A DNA stretch of 32,000 nucleotides from Pyrolobus fumarii 1A (lineage in GTDB: Archaea > Thermoproteota > Thermoprotei_A > Sulfolobales > Pyrodictiaceae): positions 540,001 through 572,000 of the forward strand of contig NC_015931.1 in NCBI RefSeq assembly GCF_000223395.1, written 5' to 3'. A program made the position numbers and the translations under genes. Below the pieces are notes generated by a model. That model searched no databases and was not told the DNA's origin. It was given only the letters and a program-made list of their open reading frames with translations. This document shows, piece by piece, positions 16,964 through 25,146 of the stretch. Position 1 is the first letter of the stretch. Every line of letters starts with the position of its first letter.

Positions 16964-17317
16964 ATGGAGTTCTGGTCGAGAGTGAGGCACCGCGGCGTGA
17001 AGGCGGTGGAGGTTGTGAGGGGCGGCGGGATAGCGGGGGGTGACGTGATAGTCGTGGAGGAGGATAAGGAGGGGAGGTTGATGGGCTTCAACCGGTACCG
17101 CCTCTCTACGCGCATATCGAGGATAATCGTGGAGGGGGAGTGGCCCTGTGAGGGTGACGAGAGGCGCGTCCTCTTCGAGCCGATCGACGGCCGCTATCCG
17201 GACGTCACGCTAGTCTTCTGCCCGTCCTGCGAGGAGACCACACTCGTGATACGTGTTGAGGGTGGCGCGGGGGGTCAGGAGCGCCCGGCTGACTCGTCAC
17301 AGGTCAGGCCCGCCTAG
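16964..17317 (+). CDS. Hypothetical protein with a CxxC pair (WPCEGD...FCPSCEE)
   Basis: The ORF is open from 16922, and the ATG at 16964 is favoured by its spacing from the A/T box. No family was recognised. Confidence 0.5.
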   Translation: MEFWSRVRHRGVKAVEVVRGGGIAGGDVIVVEEDKEGRLMGFNRYRLSTRISRIIVEGEWPCEGDERRVLFEPIDGRYPDVTLVFCPSCEETTLVIRVEGGAGGQERPADSSQVRPA

Positions 17318-17324
17318 TAGCTCT

Positions 17325-18530
17325 TCACGCCCCCCGCGTTGCCAGCTCTCCTATCCTCGCAGCCGCCTCCCTAAGCCTTGACTCCGGCGCGGTGAGGCTA
17401 ACACGGATGTAGCCTCTCCACTCCTCTCCGAACACGGTGCCCGGGACGGCCAGCACACCAACCTCTCTGGCCATCAGCTCTACGAGCCTCTCTGCGCTCC
17501 CCACGCCGAGCTTCTCTATGAGGCGCTCTACCCTCGGGAATAGGAAGAAGCCAGCAGCGGGCTCATAGACGTCGATGAGATCCTCTAGCTGTGAGAGGGC
17601 CTCGGTGAAGACGCGCGCCCTCCGCCCGTAGAGCTTACGCACTCTCTCCACATACTCGACCATATCTTCGCGGTACGCTGTGATGTACTTGGCTACGGCT
17701 AGCTGGATGAACCTGGGGATGCCAGTGTAGACGTTCGAATTGAAGAAGACGGTCGCCTTTACAACCTCGCGTGGCGCGTAGAGGAAGCCGACGCGCCAGC
17801 CAGGGATAGCAAGGGTCTTCGAGAACGACTCGAGGTGTATGACTCTCTCTTCGCCGAGGAGGCGTAGGAGCGGGACGTGTTCACCGCGGAACACGAGCCA
17901 CGAGTACACCTCATCGCTGAGCACGAGTGTGTTATGCTCCGAGGCAAGATCCCCTATCAGCTTGAGCGTCTCCCTATCAAGGTGGAGGCCCGTGGGGTTA
18001 TGCGGTGTGTTCACGATAACGAGGCACGGCTTGTGCTCCTCAAACGCCTTCTTCACCTCATCCTCGTCGATGAAAAGCCTCCCGCCGTCCCACCTTAGCC
18101 TAGCCATAACGGGCTTCACTCCTAGCATGCGCGCCGCGTTCACGTACGCGTAGAAGTGTGGAGTCAGCACAAGCATGGCATCGCCGTGGTCACAGACGGA
18201 GTATATGGCGGCGGCTATGCCCGGCTTAGCACCTGCAAGCGCAACGACACGCTCTGGCTCAGCATCGACACCGTAAAAGTCGCGCATGTAGGATGCTACG
18301 GCCTCGCGATACTCGGCTAGACCTTGTGGCGGCGGGTAGCGGGAGGCTCCTACACCCCTAGCCTCGGTCGCCAGAAGCTCCACGAGAGTCTGTGGAGGGG
18401 TTACATCGGGCTGACCTAGGGTGAGGTCTATCACCGGTTTCCGTTTAGCCTCGGAAGCCAACTGCGCAAATGCCATTGTGGTGGCGCCGCTAGAGCTGTC
18501 CTCAAGGAACCTCCTCGATACCCTCGCCAC
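17325..18530 (-). CDS. Class I/II pyridoxal-phosphate aminotransferase (aspartate/aromatic type)
   Basis: Motifs LTLGQPDV, NPHNPTG and SFSKTLAIPGWRVGFLYAP (PLP-lysine motif). About 400 aa. An A/T box GATATAC lies about 40 nt upstream. Confidence 0.85.
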   Translation of the reverse strand: MARVSRRFLEDSSSGATTMAFAQLASEAKRKPVIDLTLGQPDVTPPQTLVELLATEARGVGASRYPPPQGLAEYREAVASYMRDFYGVDAEPERVVALAGAKPGIAAAIYSVCDHGDAMLVLTPHFYAYVNAARMLGVKPVMARLRWDGGRLFIDEDEVKKAFEEHKPCLVIVNTPHNPTGLHLDRETLKLIGDLASEHNTLVLSDEVYSWLVFRGEHVPLLRLLGEERVIHLESFSKTLAIPGWRVGFLYAPREVVKATVFFNSNVYTGIPRFIQLAVAKYITAYREDMVEYVERVRKLYGRRARVFTEALSQLEDLIDVYEPAAGFFLFPRVERLIEKLGVGSAERLVELMAREVGVLAVPGTVFGEEWRGYIRVSLTAPESRLREAAARIGELATRGA

Positions 18531-18599
18531 CCTACAGTCAGCCCAGCATTCACGAGCAGACCTCCAGGTATATCACGCCTCTCCCGCGGCCCGCAAGCA

Positions 18600-18940
18600 A
18601 CTGGGGCAACACCACTCAATCAAGCGTGACGCGCGCCACTAGGCCGGCGCGACCCGCGAATAACCCCAGGGGTTATCCTAGACCGTGTACACGGCGGGCC
18701 GCTGGGTGGGGACTACACACCCTTACCCGAAGCCCCCGGAGGGGCGGCGGGGGCAGTGACGAGAGTGGCCAGGGCCGACTGCGGCCCGCCGCCTCTACGG
18801 ATAATACACCCACACGAGGCAAGCCAAAGGAGAATCATCTCGTATGTTCCAGCCTACTAGCCTACCCGTTCCAACACTTAGCCTGGCTGGTTAGGCGGGG
18901 CCTCTGCCAGCCATCCTCTCGTCACTGTTCAGCTAACAGC
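18600..18940. other. ORF-poor, hairpin-dense GC-rich block; candidate structured RNA or long 3' UTR
   Basis: Contains an 11-bp long-range pairing (18692-18702 with 18781-18791), a 17-nt palindrome (18660-18676) and a 12-nt palindrome (18683-18694). The only ORFs here are Arg/Pro-rich shadows. Confidence 0.25.
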
Positions 18941-20125
18941 TTACTCTTCACCGGCCCAGGCTGGCCACGGGTAGAGCCGCTCCCAATCAGCGTTTATCCT
19001 CTCTACGTGCTCCTCCCCGAGTCTATTAGGCGGTATCATAGCGTTGCGTAGCATGTGGTCGGCGAGCGTGATTGCCACCATAGCCTCGGCCACCGCCACG
19101 GCGCGCACCACTAGAGCGGGGTCGTGGCGGCCCTTCACGCTTATCGTGTCCGGCCTGTTCTCGCACAGGTTCCACGTTTCGATGGGCCTTGGTATGCTGC
19201 TGGTCGGCTTGAAGGCTATGCGCAGGCGTATCGGGGTGCCAACGCTCAGCCCGCCAAGCATACCCCCGTGAGCGGGGCCAACCGGCCTAGGCTGGCCGTT
19301 GACGAGTCTTATCGGGTCTCTCGCCTCGCTACCCTTCATCCTCGCGAGGCGAAAACCGAGGCCAACCTCGAAGCCCACTGCACCCGGTATACTCATCAAC
19401 GCCTTCGCGAGGTCCGCCTTGAGTTTATCGAAGACCGGGTCGCCTAGGCCTGGAGGCACCCCGAACGCCACCACCTCCACTACGCCGCCTAGGCTGTCGC
19501 CCTCCGCCCTAGCCTCCTCGATCACCCTCATCACCTCCTGCTCTAGACGCCTATCGTGGACCCTCACCGGGCTATGCCTGGCAGCCAGAAACTCCTCAAC
19601 ACTAGGCTCCGCACGTGGATCCACGAGCTCTAAGCCGCCGATCTCGGCAAGCCTCCCGTAGACAGTCAAGCCGGCCGCGAGGAGCAGCTTCTTGGCCACG
19701 GCTCCAGCCGCAACCCTCCCTACAGTCTCCCTGCCAGACGCCCTCCCGCCGCCCCGGTAGTCCCAGTTCTCCCACCCGTACTTCAGGACGTAGGCCAGGT
19801 CCGCGTGACCAGGGCGCGGCTTGCAACGCACCTCCTCGTAGGGCCTCGAGTCCACATCCCGATTCCACACCACAATCGCTATGGGGTGCCCGGTGGTCCG
19901 CCCCTCGAACACACCCGAGAGTATCTCTGGCTTGTCGGGCTCCCTCCTCGCCGTCGCCCACCGGTGCCCAGGCCTACGCAAGAGAAGCTCCTTGTACACG
20001 TCGCGCTCAGAGAGAGGCATCCCAGCCGGCACACCATCGACAACCACGCCAAGCGCACTGCCGTGGCTCTCGCCGAAGGTCGTCACGCGAAAGAGAAGCC
20101 CAAAGCTACTACCAGCTGACAACAC
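18941..20125 (-). CDS. aroC: Chorismate synthase
   Basis: LFRVTTFGESHG at the N-terminus, plus GGRASGRETVGRVAAGAVAKK and KPTSSI motifs. Confidence 0.9.
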   Translation of the reverse strand: MLSAGSSFGLLFRVTTFGESHGSALGVVVDGVPAGMPLSERDVYKELLLRRPGHRWATARREPDKPEILSGVFEGRTTGHPIAIVVWNRDVDSRPYEEVRCKPRPGHADLAYVLKYGWENWDYRGGGRASGRETVGRVAAGAVAKKLLLAAGLTVYGRLAEIGGLELVDPRAEPSVEEFLAARHSPVRVHDRRLEQEVMRVIEEARAEGDSLGGVVEVVAFGVPPGLGDPVFDKLKADLAKALMSIPGAVGFEVGLGFRLARMKGSEARDPIRLVNGQPRPVGPAHGGMLGGLSVGTPIRLRIAFKPTSSIPRPIETWNLCENRPDTISVKGRHDPALVVRAVAVAEAMVAITLADHMLRNAMIPPNRLGEEHVERINADWERLYPWPAWAGEE

Positions 20126-20239
20126 CTAACCCTCTAGGCGCCACTCCCAGACCCTCGTTATAGAGGATGACCCTTGTAGAGCTGCACGGAAACACGCTGA
20201 TAATATCGCTGTCACTCATTATCTGGTAGTGGGGACGCG

Positions 20240-20746
20240 TTGAGCGTCACTATAAGCATCCCGAGGCGCCTCTACGAGGAGGCGCGCAAGAAGGGCCTTG
20301 ATATAGAGTCGAGGATTGTCGAGCTTCTGGCTAGGGAGCTGGGCCTAGACCCCGAGGTGGAGGCGAGCCTGCACCTGGAGCTCGCAGAGAAGTACCTACT
20401 AGAGGCTAAGAAGCTCATAGAGGAGGGCGACGCTGTGCAGGCTAGTGAGAAGCTCTACAAAGTTGCCGAGGAATGCATCAAGTCCATGGCCGAGGCTCTC
20501 GGGTTAGAGGAGAGTAGGGAAGCGCAGAGAAGGGGCAGATGGACCCTAGGCTTGTTGGATAACGCCGCAGGGAGGCTCGCAGAGATTGTGGATAGGCGCG
20601 TCTACGATGACTGGGATCACGCCTATTTCTTGCACGTCGAGGGTTTCCATGAAGCCGGGCTTGGCATCGAGCAGGTAAAGAAGAGGGCGAAGTACGTCGA
20701 GGAGCTCCTTGAGATAGCTAAGAGGGTTGTTGGGGGGAAACGGTGA
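20240..20746 (+). CDS. RHH-like N-terminus fused to a PaREP1 (HEPN-like) domain
   Basis: SVTISIPRRLYEEARKKGLDIESRIVELLARELGLDP, followed by GDAVQASEKLYKVAEECIKSMA ... HAYFLHVEGFHEA. The A/T box GATAATAT lies about 35-40 nt upstream of TTG 20240. Confidence 0.75.
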   Translation: MSVTISIPRRLYEEARKKGLDIESRIVELLARELGLDPEVEASLHLELAEKYLLEAKKLIEEGDAVQASEKLYKVAEECIKSMAEALGLEESREAQRRGRWTLGLLDNAAGRLAEIVDRRVYDDWDHAYFLHVEGFHEAGLGIEQVKKRAKYVEELLEIAKRVVGGKR

Positions 20747-20974
20747 GCCTATGCGACTCTAGTGGCGTGTTAGGTTAACAACAGGAGTGGCACAGCGAGA
20801 TTCTCTCGCAATAAACTCGTACTAGCTTCTCCCCCGTGTGGTATGGCCTCACGCCCCCTCGTAGACTAGCGTCGTGCTTCGCGCTGTGCACGTAGCGTAG
20901 TGTTTGCAAGGATTATTAGGGTATATCGGTTGGCGATAGGTCCGGCTTTCCTCTGGAACGGTGGTGGCACGAGT

Positions 20975-21997
20975 ATGAGGGTCTCGCGGTGGGTGTTGGC
21001 GCTTCTGTTCTTCGGGCTTACTAGTCTCCTCGCTGACGTGTGCTATGAGGGGTTTCGGGGTATACTCGGGCCGCTTGCCTTCGAGAAGGGTGGCTCTTGG
21101 ACAGATCTGGGCCTTGTGCTCGCCGAGGCTGAGCTTATCAACTGGGGTTTGAGGCTCCCAGCCGCCATAATCGCCGATAGGCTCGCCGCGTGGTGGAGCC
21201 TGACGATACTCGGGTATGCGCTGACCCCGGTTGGCGTCGCGGTCGCACTAGCAGGTGGACTTGGCGGTGTTGCACTGGGTGTGGCACTAGAGAGGCTTGG
21301 CAAGACTCTGCGTGCTCCCGCGCGAGACGCGCTGCTCTCGGGGCTTAGTGGCAGGAGGGGCCTCGTCTACGCCGTCCACGAGGTGATGGACCAGGTTGGG
21401 GCTGTTACCGGCCCACTACTAGCCTACTATGCGATCGCGACGGGCAGAGTATGGTTGATACTAGTCCCTGGGATGGCGAGCGTCGCCGCGATACTCGCAG
21501 CCAGAGCAGTCTACCCGGGAGCACCGTCGCCTCGCGGACACCCCCAGCTGTCGCTCCACGCTAGGTTCGCACTACTAGGCGCCACGTCGCTCCTACTGCC
21601 CCACCCCGTTGTGATCGCAGCAGCTGCCGCCGCTGCAACCGGGGATGCGGGTGCAGCACCACTAGCCTATACCCTCGCGATGCTCGTGGATGCTGTTGTC
21701 GCGCTCCCCCTGGGCAAACTCTACGATACGCTAGGCTCGGCTAGCCTCGCAACCGCCCCAATAGCAGGGATAGCCGCGGGCGTGCTACTCGCCACGGGGC
21801 ACCCGATAGCGGCTAGCGCCGCGGCCGGCATCGCACTCGCAGCCTACGAGACAGTGTACCGGGCGTACGTGGCAGACCATGCACCCGAGAGAGCAGCTGG
21901 CTTCGGGGCACTCGCACTCGGCATCGGCGTAGGCCAGGCAACATCGGCAATCATCTACTCGCTGCTAGCATTAATAGCCTATCCGAGCCCAGGCTAG
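20975..21997 (+). CDS. MFS-like multi-pass transporter (ORF open from 20900)
   Basis: About 10-12 hydrophobic segments, with a loop motif ERLGKTLRAPARDALLS between TM2 and TM3. Its last 23 nt are duplicated at 22807-22829. Confidence 0.6.
   Translation: MRVSRWVLALLFFGLTSLLADVCYEGFRGILGPLAFEKGGSWTDLGLVLAEAELINWGLRLPAAIIADRLAAWWSLTILGYALTPVGVAVALAGGLGGVALGVALERLGKTLRAPARDALLSGLSGRRGLVYAVHEVMDQVGAVTGPLLAYYAIATGRVWLILVPGMASVAAILAARAVYPGAPSPRGHPQLSLHARFALLGATSLLLPHPVVIAAAAAAATGDAGAAPLAYTLAMLVDAVVALPLGKLYDTLGSASLATAPIAGIAAGVLLATGHPIAASAAAGIALAAYETVYRAYVADHAPERAAGFGALALGIGVGQATSAIIYSLLALIAYPSPG
21973..21995 (+). repeat. Left copy of a 23-nt direct repeat (AATAGCCTATCCGAGCCCAGGCT)
   Basis: It matches 22807-22829 at 22 of 23 positions and comprises the last codons of the transporter gene. 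Confidence 0.85.
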
Positions 21998-22020
21998 ACA
22001 CGCTCCTCGAGCCGCGAGCG

Positions 22021-22434
22021 TCACCTCAGCGCGGGGTAGAGGCTTGCAAGCTCCTCGTCGAACGTCGCTATATAGCTAAGGTTGTACACCTTAGCGGCGA
22101 CTATGCTAGTGGCGTCGGTGAAGCTTATGCGCGGCGTGTGCCTCGCGAAGAGGCTCCAAGCCTCGTTGAACATATCGATGGTAACGGGGATAATGCGGAA
22201 AGCCTTCTTCTCGAAGAAGAGGGCGCCAGCCTTCAACGCAGCCTCTCTCCCACCCCTCATAGCCATATACGTGAGCACCTCGTCGATTATATAGTCGGTC
22301 ACGTGGGGGATCCCGTAGGCGCCACGTAGTATATCCGAGAGTAGGCGCACCGCACGCCGGTGTAGAGAGTCACTCTTGTTCAAAGCCGCTATGATTACAC
22401 TGCTGTCCACTAGCACGCCTCCCACCATAGACAA
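22021..22434 (-). CDS. vapC: PIN-domain ribonuclease toxin VapC
   Basis: Motifs VLVDSSVIIAAL, TDYIIDEV, SFTDATSIVAAK and IATFD provide the conserved PIN acidic residues. The likely start is ATG 22428. Confidence 0.85.
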   Translation of the reverse strand: MSMVGGVLVDSSVIIAALNKSDSLHRRAVRLLSDILRGAYGIPHVTDYIIDEVLTYMAMRGGREAALKAGALFFEKKAFRIIPVTIDMFNEAWSLFARHTPRISFTDATSIVAAKVYNLSYIATFDEELASLYPALR

Positions 22435-22690
22435 CCTTATCCACCTCCGCGTGAGACTCGCTCACCCTAAGGTCAACGCTCAGCTCCTCCAACAGCCGCT
22501 CCGGGTTCTCCATAGGCCTCCATGCGCCAAGCTCCTCGAGAAACTCGCTCCTCCTGCGCCACGCAAGTCTCAACGCAGCTTCGATGATATCCTGAAACCT
22601 CGGCCTCGAGCCCAGCTCGACAGCTACAGCGGCCTGCAGCCTCTCCAGCATCTCCCGAGCCTCACGACTAATCTTAACCGTTGTAACCAC
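22370..22690 (-). CDS. vapB: Ribbon-helix-helix (CopG-like) antitoxin VapB
   Basis: VVTTVKISREAREMLERLQAAVAVELGSRPRFQDIIEAALRLAW. The start is GTG 22690 or 22699, with an A/T box about 45 nt upstream. The 3' end overlaps vapC by about 59-65 nt. Confidence 0.6.
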   Translation of the reverse strand: MVTTVKISREAREMLERLQAAVAVELGSRPRFQDIIEAALRLAWRRRSEFLEELGAWRPMENPERLLEELSVDLRVSESHAEVDKVVYGGRRASGQQCNHSGFEQE

Positions 22691-22806
22691 GGGGGCCACG
22701 AAACCCGCCCGTATACCCGGTATACCCGGAGACACCCGTATAACAATGCCACCCGGGTAGGTGATGTAATCCACCAGACGCGAAGGCAGGGATACGTAAT
22801 GGCTCG

Positions 22807-22829
22807 AATAGCTTATCCGAGCCCAGGCT
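22807..22829 (+). repeat. Right copy of the 23-nt direct repeat (AATAGCTTATCCGAGCCCAGGCT)
   Basis: It has one mismatch to 21973-21995 and lies upstream of the vapBC promoter region. Confidence 0.85.
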
Positions 22830-22914
22830 GTCACATCTTACTAGGCGAGATTGTATACTAGTATCATGCCCGTCTTAGTAGGGTGTCCCTATCACCCTGA
22901 GAGAGTTAGACAAG

Positions 22915-23169
22915 GTGACCAGGAACTACCAGGTTACTATACCGGCGGTTGTGAGGTCGAAAGCTGGCATCCGTGAGGGTGACCTCGTAGAGGTGTGGTT
23001 CGATGAGGAGGAAGGCGTGATCAAGATTGCTCCTGTGAGACGCAAGAGGTTGACAATCATGCTTGGGAGGAGGGTAACTGTTGAGGAGATCGAGGAGGGT
23101 TATACCACCTGCATTGGTTGTCCACGAGTATGTCCTGGTTATGGTCAGGAAGGCTATACCTTACCTTAG
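22915..23169 (+). CDS. AbrB/SpoVT-domain (VapB/MazE-like) protein with no adjacent toxin gene
   Basis: NYQVTIPAVVRSKAGIREGDLVEVWFDEEEGVIKIAP is a swapped-hairpin AbrB fold signature. It has an unusual Cys-containing tail, CIGCPRVCPG. Confidence 0.7.
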   Translation: MTRNYQVTIPAVVRSKAGIREGDLVEVWFDEEEGVIKIAPVRRKRLTIMLGRRVTVEEIEEGYTTCIGCPRVCPGYGQEGYTLP

Positions 23170-23518
23170 CGGCTCGGCCCGGGCGAAGCCAGGCATCCAC
23201 ACTGCGCCGTGAACTAGACGGCGCTCGGCTAGGCCCGAAGGTCCTCACCGCCAGATAACCGGACTCTGGCGTCAACCCCTAAATCGCTCCAAGAGCGGCA
23301 GACGGGTGACGATGTACGGCGCTCGCGGTTAACCCGGGGCAGGCAAACGGAGAGGGGTTCGGAGTGACTAGGTACAAGCCGTCAAACCACCATGGTGAGG
23401 ATGTGGGTGACTGGGCTTGCATGCTACAGACTGAGGACTAGGGGTGTGTACCCGAAGCCTCCTACCTCCTTTATCGCGTGTAGCGCTGTGCCTATTGGTG
23501 TGGAGAAACTCGTGGGGG
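23170..23518. other. ORF-poor GC-rich structured block between convergent genes; candidate ncRNA
   Basis: Contains a hairpin (23204-23224), a 10-nt direct repeat ACGGCGCTCG (23218-23227 and 23316-23325), and an 8-bp long-range pairing (23242-23249 with 23394-23401). Confidence 0.25.
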
Positions 23519-24061
23519 TTAGGCTGGGTCGGGTCTGGGCAGCGTGACGCCCTTCTGTCCCTGGTACTTGCCGTGGTACGGCTTGGCTACTGGCGACGTT
23601 GTCTTCACGAATACTAGGTGTAGGAAGCGTTGGCCGGGGTATACTCTCACCGGGAACTCGCTGCCAATCAGCTCGATGACAAGCTGGCCCTTGAACCCTG
23701 CGTCGACGACTGTGGGTGGAATATAGAGCCCGAACCTGGCGAAGGTGCTCCTAACGTTGACTAGCCCCACGACGTCATCCGGCAGCTCTATCCACTCCAG
23801 CGTATGCGCCAGGACGTGCTCGTGCGGGTAGATGACGAAGCCGTGGTCTGGGTCAACCTCCTCGCACCTGTACCACTCGTCTATGTCGGACGGCGGGTTC
23901 TTCGTGTCTAGTATCCTGGTGAGCGTGCGCCTCATCCTGCAGAAGATGTTGCCCAGGCGGAGGTCAACGCCATTCTCCCTTACGATGCTGGGCTCGAAGG
24001 GCTCGATGACCAGCCTCTTGAGCTCCACTAGGTGTAGGATATCACGGTCGGATAGTATCAC
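23519..24061 (-). CDS. dcd: dCTP deaminase (dUTPase superfamily)
   Basis: MILSDRDI at the N-terminus, plus NGVDLRLG, VRSTFARFGL and GFKGQLVIEL motifs. 180 aa. Confidence 0.9.
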   Translation of the reverse strand: MILSDRDILHLVELKRLVIEPFEPSIVRENGVDLRLGNIFCRMRRTLTRILDTKNPPSDIDEWYRCEEVDPDHGFVIYPHEHVLAHTLEWIELPDDVVGLVNVRSTFARFGLYIPPTVVDAGFKGQLVIELIGSEFPVRVYPGQRFLHLVFVKTTSPVAKPYHGKYQGQKGVTLPRPDPA

Positions 24062-24204
24062 AGTGCTGCACCCTCAGTGTGTATATCTCCTTGTTACCAG
24101 GTTTAGGAGTTAGGAGGCTCGCAGTACGCGCGAACCCGGAATACACGGGTTATACTCGGAGCCTGCACGTACATGCCCAGGGTGTACACGTAACCGCCCC
24201 AGTG

Positions 24205-24861
24205 TTACCCTGTACACTCCTTCAGCTTCTCGAGCAGCTTCTCAACCGCAGCCTTGCTCTTCACGCCCGGCTTCTCCTCGACACCGCTACTAACGTCGAT
24301 TAGCCACGCGTGCCTCGCAACCAGACATACGTTGTCGGAGTTTACCCCACCCGCGACCCCGAGCCTCTTCACGAGCCTCGCCGCCTCCTCGACAGCCTCG
24401 ACCGGGATGCGGAGGCCGCCATCATACCTCGCTGGGCTGGACTTCGGCGCGTCTATCAGTGTGTATTCTGCTGCCTCCGACACCCTGCTGTAGAACAACG
24501 GGTGTAGCGGCGCCCAGCCGCCAACACCATGGAATAGGACTGGCGCTAGCCTCACTCCGATGTCGCCGAGCATCCGGGCTAGGCTTGCTAGCTCTCTAGG
24601 CTTCCCGAACCAGTGGTACTGGACGACACGGAACACTCCAAGCTTGCCAGCAAGCTCGACGACCTCATCCGGCTCGAGACCGTAGGCTACCAGCACCGGT
24701 GTTGACCTGGAGACCGTGGAGGCCAAGTCAGCAGCCATCTTCGGGTCAAGCACTCGCGGCGATACACGCAGGCCCGTGATGAAACCCAGATAGTCAACCA
24801 GGCCATCAAGCATCTCCACATCCTCTACGCGCGTTATACCACATACCTTCACCTTTGCCAT
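24205..24861 (-). CDS. trpF: Phosphoribosylanthranilate isomerase
   Basis: VKVCGITR at the N-terminus, plus DYLGFI and LIDVSSGVEEKPGVKS motifs. A GGTGG Shine-Dalgarno-like box lies just upstream of the ATG. Confidence 0.85.
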   Translation of the reverse strand: MAKVKVCGITRVEDVEMLDGLVDYLGFITGLRVSPRVLDPKMAADLASTVSRSTPVLVAYGLEPDEVVELAGKLGVFRVVQYHWFGKPRELASLARMLGDIGVRLAPVLFHGVGGWAPLHPLFYSRVSEAAEYTLIDAPKSSPARYDGGLRIPVEAVEEAARLVKRLGVAGGVNSDNVCLVARHAWLIDVSSGVEEKPGVKSKAAVEKLLEKLKECTG

Positions 24862-25146
24862 GATACCACCCGTTAAGGTGGGTGGGAAACGTAGGCCACG
24901 GATGATTAGGTAAGCCGAGGGTAATACGTTTCTATGGCTACCCTGCTCTGGGCCCCAGCATCAACAGCCGAGAGGTGTGTAGGTAGCCGTCGACGGTACC
25001 CGCGGGGCCACCCGGGCATCACATTACACATGCTAGTATCGTCCTCGGGGGTGAACAGCGATTCGAGAACGTGCCTGGAGGCTAGGGAGTGCAAGACCCG
25101 AAAAACACTGGGCGTGGCCCGAGCGCCTCCATATTGCCATGCAGGC

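Noticed and set aside
18600-18940. Possibility that this block, or 23170-23518, is RNase P RNA or SRP (7S) RNA
   Set aside because: I searched both strands by eye for P4 (GAGGAAAGUCC / ACAGAA.CCGGCUUA), the GGGUGAAA..GGUAAGAGC module, and the SRP helix-8 GGAAG.AGCA motif, and found only weak partial resemblances. The blocks are kept only as unclassified candidates.
18626-19051. 141-aa plus-strand ORF in the aroC-aminotransferase spacer
   Set aside because: It has Arg/Pro/Gly-rich composition typical of non-coding GC-rich DNA. It runs antisense into aroC and has no promoter box.
19615-20163. Long ORFs antisense to or overlapping aroC, nrdD (10723-11295), the surface protein (13161-13553), rps6e (25170-25598) and others
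   Set aside because: These are shadow ORFs of GC-rich coding regions, with skewed Arg/Pro/Ser/Val composition. Each overlaps a gene with clear family motifs.
20126-20899. Possible inverted repeats flanking the 20240-20746 PaREP1 gene (CGCCACT at about 20139 and AGTGGCG at about 20760)
   Set aside because: Only 7 bp are perfectly matched, which is well within chance for GC-rich DNA. There is no target-site duplication.
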